Virus record (IMG/VR): IMGVR_UViG_2563367162_000001
Location: 23,569 to 87,568 of that record
DNA: 64,000 bases
Origin: a virus
Taxonomy: Duplodnaviria > Caudoviricetes
Reading direction: 5' to 3' (one strand)
Shown here: positions 58,533-64,000 of the stretch, piece after piece
How the letters are laid out: each line of letters opens with the position of its first letter
Numbering within the stretch: the stretch's first letter is position 1
The notes under the pieces: generated by a model
Database searches by the model: none
What the model saw: the letters and a program-made list of their open reading frames with translations, nothing else
What the model was told of the DNA's origin: nothing
Made by a program: the position numbers and the translations under genes

Positions 58533-58775
58533 TCATTCCTGTATTACCTTGTATATTTCAACGTCAGGGACAACTTTTCCCACTCTGTTACGCATGAAGT
58601 CGGTTATGATATCTTCGCGGCTCCATTCTTCGGAGTAGGACATTGTATCCTGGTGCCCGTCACAGATTACGGTTCCATCACCAGTTATGGACAAGCTGAA
58701 ATGGGTGGCCATTTCAGCCGGATCATGGCACTTGAAATGCCGGGAACCTTTGATGAGAATATAGTTTACTTTCAT
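58533..58775 (-). CDS. Hypothetical protein
   Basis: 80-aa ORF overlapping the upstream ORF. Confidence 0.55.
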   Translation of the reverse strand: MKVNYILIKGSRHFKCHDPAEMATHFSLSITGDGTVICDGHQDTMSYSEEWSREDIITDFMRNRVGKVVPDVEIYKVIQE

Positions 58776-58981
58776 ATTTGATTTGATATTGAGTTAATGT
58801 ATCTATGTCCTTTGGCAGTTGGACGGTAAACAACATCTCTAAATGGTCCGGCTTCTTTTGTCAGTAAACCGTTTTCTACCATCTCGTCCAGTTCGGCGTA
58901 TGGTTCGTCAAAACCACCCCATCCTTTTTTGCAAATGTTTCCTAAATAGATAATCTGCATTTTACTTAATCTTATATCCAT
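58772..58981 (-). CDS. Hypothetical protein
   Basis: 69-aa AT-rich ORF. Confidence 0.55.
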   Translation of the reverse strand: MDIRLSKMQIIYLGNICKKGWGGFDEPYAELDEMVENGLLTKEAGPFRDVVYRPTAKGHRYINSISNQI

Positions 58982-59007
58982 GATATTCTTTTCTAAATTG
59001 TTATACG

Positions 59008-59289
59008 TTAAATACTAATCTCTTTAAATTCATATGGAGTAATCTTTTCTTTTGCTTTCACGGAAGAAAAGAATGAATCTACCGGGCAAACACTTTCGGG
59101 CATTCCACTAGTATTACAATCGCTGGGAACGGTTGCCAAGATGCACAAACCATCTGCCGGCAGATACTCACAACTTACTTTATCATCCCAATCAATATAC
59201 TTTTGTGCTTCCTTTGCGAGAGATTCGCACTTATTCATATAGTTTATATAGGCATCATCTGCCTTTTTTATCATTTGATTTATGTTCAT
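59008..59289 (-). CDS. Hypothetical protein
   Basis: AT-rich ORF starting at MNINQ. Confidence 0.55.
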   Translation of the reverse strand: MNINQMIKKADDAYINYMNKCESLAKEAQKYIDWDDKVSCEYLPADGLCILATVPSDCNTSGMPESVCPVDSFFSSVKAKEKITPYEFKEISI

Positions 59290-59491
59290 ATTTATCTTAT
59301 ATGGCAGCTTTGGCGGCTGAAGGATCCTCATGCACTTCACTTTCAGGGAAACGGACAACACGGTAACGATAATGGCTGTTATTCCAGCCTTTCTCACCTT
59401 GGCCATTCATATTGGGCACAGAACTTTTCTTAGCCCATTGCAGTTCAGTCTGTTTGTTCATAAGCTCATTTTCTTTCTTAGTCCTTTATTG

Positions 59492-59650
59492 TCAGATAAT
59501 CTCCTTGATATCGTACCATTCCACATCGGGCCTGTCCAGCCCGTAAAAGTTGACAAGCCCCTTGCGGTCGATAAATCCGTGGTACTCGGTGACCACCGGT
59601 TTCTCCCGGCCCGTCTCCTTGATGACAATCTCATAGCGTCTGTATTCCAT
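59492..59650 (-). CDS. Small hypothetical protein (52 aa)
   Basis: Translated by hand as MEYRRYEIVIKETG...WYDIKEII. Confidence 0.5.
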   Translation of the reverse strand: MEYRRYEIVIKETGREKPVVTEYHGFIDRKGLVNFYGLDRPDVEWYDIKEII

Positions 59651-59660
59651 GTTCGGGCAT

Positions 59661-59951
59661 TTATGACTGTTTCTCCTTTTCCTTCCCCGGGAGGCGGAGG
59701 TACTTCTTCAGGAAATAACTGCAGATCTTTGACAGACGCAGCCGGAAGGTTTCCTCGCAGGGGAGGACCTCCAGTGTCACCGCAATGGGGGCGTCCTGCC
59801 AGGTGATACCGGGAAACATCTCCTTGAGTGCACCCTGGGGGATGTACAGCGACTCCTCACCGGTCCACATGCCGGTGTCCCTTTCGGGTTTGTATATGAA
59901 AAGATGCCCCGTACCGTTATAATCCACGGCGAACCAGTATGTGTTCTTCAT
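59661..59951 (-). CDS. Hypothetical protein
   Basis: WFAVD.NG and P.ITWQDAP motifs; overlaps the upstream gene. Confidence 0.65.
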   Translation of the reverse strand: MKNTYWFAVDYNGTGHLFIYKPERDTGMWTGEESLYIPQGALKEMFPGITWQDAPIAVTLEVLPCEETFRLRLSKICSYFLKKYLRLPGKEKEKQS

Positions 59952-60520
59952 CTTTCGTACACATCAGTTTTTTCCCCGGGAAAGGCAATCGTGCCTTTTC
60001 CCAGCAGTTTCTTTACTTCCGTGATTCGGACGATGCATATCAGGCTGTCCGGTTTTCCCTTCACATGGATGTACCATCGGGACGCGGTACCACGTCCCGC
60101 GTCAAAATGTAGCGGCAGGGTGCGCGGGTATTTGGCGTCCAGCTCCTCGATCCGGTTGTGGATGTCCTCCTTCAGGTTCTCCAGTCCCTCACAGTCTCTC
60201 ACCAGGCTGTCCTGAAACTTCAGGATGTATTCCTGAAGCTCGTTTCCCTTACGGTTTACCGACGCGTAGGTCTGTATGGAATGTATGAAGAATATGCCTC
60301 CGTTGTCCGGTTCCCGGCATGCGCTCCGCATCCATCCCGTTTTCAGGTGGAAATCATGAAAGCAGCCGCCTTTGCCTCCGGACGGGTCCGTGTCAACGTA
60401 CCGGACCGTCACAAGTGTGCGGCCGGCCATCGTCTCGACCTTCTCAACTACAGCCCTGATGTCGGTTCCCAGACCGGTGGCTGTGCCCGGAACGGTTACT
60501 TTTTCTCCTGTTCTCATCAT
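59948..60520 (-). CDS. Hypothetical protein
   Basis: 190-aa ORF in the operon orientation. Confidence 0.6.
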   Translation of the reverse strand: MMRTGEKVTVPGTATGLGTDIRAVVEKVETMAGRTLVTVRYVDTDPSGGKGGCFHDFHLKTGWMRSACREPDNGGIFFIHSIQTYASVNRKGNELQEYILKFQDSLVRDCEGLENLKEDIHNRIEELDAKYPRTLPLHFDAGRGTASRWYIHVKGKPDSLICIVRITEVKKLLGKGTIAFPGEKTDVYER

Positions 60521-60874
60521 TGTACGTATTGGTTATGCGCCGTTTGACGGCATTGTTCTCTTGTATTCATTCTATCTCCTCACCCCACAGTTCCAGATCG
60601 GTGGGGGCATGTCTGATCTGGTATATGATCCACAGCATGCCCGGAAGATACAGGACACCGGTCATTATCAGCAATATCTTCATACGCGCCCTCCTTCCGT
60701 CCGCCTGTTCAGGGTGACGTTCCGGCCGTCACCCGTCTTGAACCGGCAGGCCGGACAGTCCCTATCCGCACCGGATGGCGGGAGGCTGTATTTTTCCGGG
60801 ATCTTCTCCGGCATGTTGTCTTTCCGTTGTCTCATCATTCATTTTTTTTGTTGGTTTGCAAGTATCGCTTTCCT

Positions 60875-61792
60875 TCACATCTCACGGCCGTTGACCGGAG
60901 ATCTGATCTTCTGCAGAAACTCGTTGAAATCATTGCATGAGGGGTACAGCCGTTCCGACTCGTTCACCAGCACCGTGGTTTTCGGCAGCAGGCCCTGTAT
61001 CTTCCTCAGGGCCTCACGGCCGGGTGGATCATTGTCGAGAAACGCATGCACCTTCCCGTACCTTGAAAGGAAATCCTTCGAGCGGTCGGCGATGGCCGTG
61101 GAGTTCAGCACGCAGATGTCGAGCTTTCCGAGCTCCGGAATTTCGGGATGCTCCTTGGCATACTGCCTGAAACTGAGCAGGTCGAAGAATCCCTCAAAAA
61201 GGGCGCAGGATTTGTTCCCGTCCGCAATACAGGTGATATCCTTGGCGTTGGCACACCCCTTGAACATGCTGTTGCGGAGCTCGAACCCCGAGCGGTCGTT
61301 GGCAAAGCCAAGCGCGTATTTCTCACGGGGGTTCCTCTCGAAGCAGTAATGCACCTCCACACAGTGGCTGCGGACAATATCCGCATCAATGTGGCGTGAG
61401 GCGGCGTAGTCAAGTAGATGCCTGTTCTCCACCGGGATGACTTTCAGCACCTTCATTGAAGGGGCCTGCACCGTCCTGCCGGGGGATGCTGCCGTCGGCA
61501 GGACGGGAGGGACGACGGCCAGACCGGAGAATCCAAGTTCCTCAATCCGGCGCATGGCCTGCGGGAAGGCGCAGTTCTCCATGCGCATGACCAGATCGAC
61601 AACCCGGCCGTGGCTGCCTTCCCCGAAATCATACCAGCGGTTCTCGTGTATGAAAACCTTGAAGCTCGGGGAGCTGTCACGCCGGAAGGGCGAACTGTAC
61701 ATGTCATACCCTCCATACCGTCTGGACGGCTTGTAGCCGTAGCGGGCAAGGATGTCTCCCAACGGGATTGAATTGGCTTCCTGTGATGTCAT
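60875..61792 (-). CDS. DNA primase (zinc-finger-like plus Toprim), CTn TraP-like
   Basis: SPFR..SPSFKV, WYDFG, FEGFFD.LS and LDND..G motifs. Confidence 0.88.
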   Translation of the reverse strand: MTSQEANSIPLGDILARYGYKPSRRYGGYDMYSSPFRRDSSPSFKVFIHENRWYDFGEGSHGRVVDLVMRMENCAFPQAMRRIEELGFSGLAVVPPVLPTAASPGRTVQAPSMKVLKVIPVENRHLLDYAASRHIDADIVRSHCVEVHYCFERNPREKYALGFANDRSGFELRNSMFKGCANAKDITCIADGNKSCALFEGFFDLLSFRQYAKEHPEIPELGKLDICVLNSTAIADRSKDFLSRYGKVHAFLDNDPPGREALRKIQGLLPKTTVLVNESERLYPSCNDFNEFLQKIRSPVNGREM

Positions 61793-61950
61793 GGTTATGT
61801 TGTTTTTATGGGTTTCCGTAAGGCTCCCGCCGGGCCTCGCGGACGGGCGGGAGGAGTTTTTTAAATTTATAAATTCATCCCTGCCATCCTCACGGACAGT
61901 TTTCGGCGGGATATGTCTTCTTCTGATAATTCCGTTGTTTCAGAACGCCC

Positions 61951-63069
61951 CTATGCGGGGACAGCCTGCCGCATACGGCTCAGGAGAAACCGTGTGGGAC
62001 TTTTGATCCTCTTGTTGCCCCAGGTCTCCTTCAGGGCCGTGTCAAGCACCACGGGCGCCACGGAGGCGAGCTGCAGGATCTCCTGTTGGTCCTTCGCCGC
62101 GACTCCCAGAAGCTCGAGTGTCTTGCGGCGGTTGCGCATGGTTTCCTCCTGCCTCCTCTGCCGGTCGGCCTGTCCGTACTCGGCGTTGTATTTGGCGATA
62201 TAGTTCTCGATCAGGGGATACAGGAAGTTGATATTTGTAAGCTGGAAATTACTCTGCTCAAGCTCCCGGATCCCCCTCTCGATGGGAAAGTCCGGATAAT
62301 ATCTTTTCAGGGCATGCACCCATCCGATGTAGTGGTCGGACACGCCCAGATATCTAAGTTTTCCTGAAAGGGAGATCCCGTCCTCCTCCCCGCCCGGATT
62401 TCCGGCGGGTTGTGCCGGAGGGGTTGGGGAGGATATTTGTTTTTCTTTTATTTTATGCAGTTTATTTTCGCGAGGTATTTCCGGTTTTTCGCGAACATCC
62501 CTGTTTGCCGTATCTGCCGCCGGCTGCATGGACAGGTCGGCCACTGCCTGTTCGGGAGCCGGGGTTTTCTCCGGCGGGGAGGGAGTGTCATGCCCGGACA
62601 CCGGTATCTCCGCCCGTCCGGGACGGCAGGATGCGGATACGGCTTCCGGCGGTGCCGGAACTGATACCGGTGACTCTTCGGCGGCCAGCAGGGAAATATC
62701 CCCAGGGATCGAGGGTTTCCGGTGGATGGCCTTGCAGATGCCCACATAAAGTTCCTGTATATCCTCACTGGTGAGAATCTGTCTTTCCCGCCACAGGGCC
62801 TTGTTGAAAAGGCCCAGGTCGGCACAATAGTCTATTATGGACGAGATCTCCTGTTCGTCCATACGGGAGTAGTCGGATATGTCGAACAGACCGTCGGCAT
62901 CCATGAGCATGTAGCACCCTTCAACACGGAAAATCTCGTTTATGATGAAATGGTACACGCCCCAGCCTTCCATGCCGAACTTGTTTTTTAGTCTTTTGAC
63001 TTTCGGATCATAGAAGTGGTCGGTCTCGAACCTGAAATAGGTGAAACCTTTTTTCGCTGTTTTTGGCAT
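61951..63069 (-). CDS. DUF4373 domain protein (putative replication initiator)
   Basis: YF..D...DPKV.RL...FG..G and LTS..IQ motifs, Pro-rich linker. Confidence 0.75.
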   Translation of the reverse strand: MPKTAKKGFTYFRFETDHFYDPKVKRLKNKFGMEGWGVYHFIINEIFRVEGCYMLMDADGLFDISDYSRMDEQEISSIIDYCADLGLFNKALWRERQILTSEDIQELYVGICKAIHRKPSIPGDISLLAAEESPVSVPAPPEAVSASCRPGRAEIPVSGHDTPSPPEKTPAPEQAVADLSMQPAADTANRDVREKPEIPRENKLHKIKEKQISSPTPPAQPAGNPGGEEDGISLSGKLRYLGVSDHYIGWVHALKRYYPDFPIERGIRELEQSNFQLTNINFLYPLIENYIAKYNAEYGQADRQRRQEETMRNRRKTLELLGVAAKDQQEILQLASVAPVVLDTALKETWGNKRIKSPTRFLLSRMRQAVPA

Positions 63070-63106
63070 AAGCTTATTTATTTAAAGTGGATAATGATCT
63101 TATGGA

Positions 63107-63544
63107 TCAACTGGCCGAAAGCTCGAACTCCTTGGGGATTTCGGGAAACGGGGGGAACACGCCGCAGGACTGGAGATAGTTCCGCTGGATGTCCGCGGAG
63201 GTCAGCACGCGGTGTTTCTCGTATAGCTCACCGTTGAAAAGGCCGACCTGTATGCAGCCGTTGACAATTCTTGTGACATCTTCCAAAGAGGCATTCCAGT
63301 AGGAAGCGACCGCACGGGCGGTCTCCTCGCACCAGGGAAGAAGATAACCTCCCTTGCAGAGCGTCTCGTTCACGAGATACCGGTAAATGCTGTAGCCGGA
63401 AAAACCGTATTTGCGGGTGAGTCTTCTGATTTTCATGTCTGAAAACTGAGAAGTGCTGATCTCATAGCAGGGACGGGTGCAGTACTCATGCCGCCGTGTG
63501 TGCCCCGAGAGGGGACGGCCCGTTGTAAAACTTTGGATATTCAT
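63107..63544 (-). CDS. Second DUF4373 domain protein (short)
   Basis: D.KIRRL..KYG..G and VLTS.DIQ.NY motifs. Confidence 0.75.
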   Translation of the reverse strand: MNIQSFTTGRPLSGHTRRHEYCTRPCYEISTSQFSDMKIRRLTRKYGFSGYSIYRYLVNETLCKGGYLLPWCEETARAVASYWNASLEDVTRIVNGCIQVGLFNGELYEKHRVLTSADIQRNYLQSCGVFPPFPEIPKEFELSAS

Positions 63545-63628
63545 ATATATAATAAGGTATAATGTTGCTGTATTAAAAGACAAGTGCACGAAAGTCCGGG
63601 TTCCGCCGGGATAGACGGAACCGGAAAA

Positions 63629-64000
63629 TCACCTTGCGGAAAGAATATGGTGCTTTTTGCGGATGAACTGCACATAATTGTGCACAGTCTTCTCACAGAC
63701 CCGGGGAAAGTCCGGATAGTGCTCTTTTAAATGGTCGTGGACACGACTGCTGGAAATGGAGGGGAAACGAAGTAGCAGCGAGACAACTGCCTGCTCGTAG
63801 CGGTGAAGCTTGTACCGGCGGTTCTTTGAGTTCTGACATTCTAAAATGAGATCCTCGGAACTCAAAGACTCGAGATGTTTCACTGTATCGCGGGAAACTC
63901 CAAGACGTTGTGCGGTTCTCGTAATGTTGATACCACGAGAACGAAGATCAAGGATAGTATTCCGTAAAATGTATTTTTTCCTTAAATTTGCCGTATCCAT
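63629..64000 (-). CDS. Stand-alone IstA N-terminal DNA-binding (double HTH) protein
   Basis: Aligns by eye to the first ~120 aa of IstA (LGV.R.TV, P.ISS.R.HD.L.E.YPDFP.VC.KTV.N.V) and stops before the DDE domain. Confidence 0.8.
   Translation of the reverse strand: MDTANLRKKYILRNTILDLRSRGINITRTAQRLGVSRDTVKHLESLSSEDLILECQNSKNRRYKLHRYEQAVVSLLLRFPSISSSRVHDHLKEHYPDFPRVCEKTVHNYVQFIRKKHHILSAR

Larger units (their letters stand above)
14797..64000. mobile_element. Conjugative element (ICE/CTn-like) with IS21-family transposase at its left end; right end outside the window
   Basis: Relaxase, T4CP, VirB-like tra genes, primase and ParA are present. The left boundary is the TGT that interrupts the host gene. 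Whether istAB are integral to the element is inferred. Confidence 0.75.

Overview
The window is Bacteroidales-type DNA (TAnnTTTG promoters, CTn-like tra genes, type V pilins) and is almost entirely mobile. (1) 1-~14318 is one end of a Mu-like transposable prophage. Its head module (terminase, gp36, portal, MuF with a C-terminal papain-fold toxin domain, gpG, gp37-like) converges on an early operon (GemA-like, two ATPases, MuA-like transposase), followed by a repressor and end repeats. (2) ~14319-14796 is a ~480 bp fragment of an AT-rich erythromycin-esterase-like host gene, cut on both sides. (3) 14797 to beyond 64000 is a conjugative element that begins with TGT followed by IS21-family istB/istA. 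It carries mob/relaxase, a coupling protein, a methylase, ParA, a T4SS (traE-F-G-I-J-K-M-N), a type V pilus operon, primase, DUF4373 proteins and a DNA-binding-only IstA paralogue. The main finding is an apparent shufflon at 33485-41559. An identical 21-bp site (CCAACAGTACTATTACAGCCA, read as NSTITA) occurs four times in alternating orientation. One copy lies inside a pilin-like lipoprotein gene, and the other three precede signal-peptide-less beta-propeller C-terminal cassettes. Two tyrosine recombinase genes lie between the sites: one intact, one frameshifted and carrying an HxxR>HxxH change. All calls were made by eye from motifs and gene context; no database searches were run.
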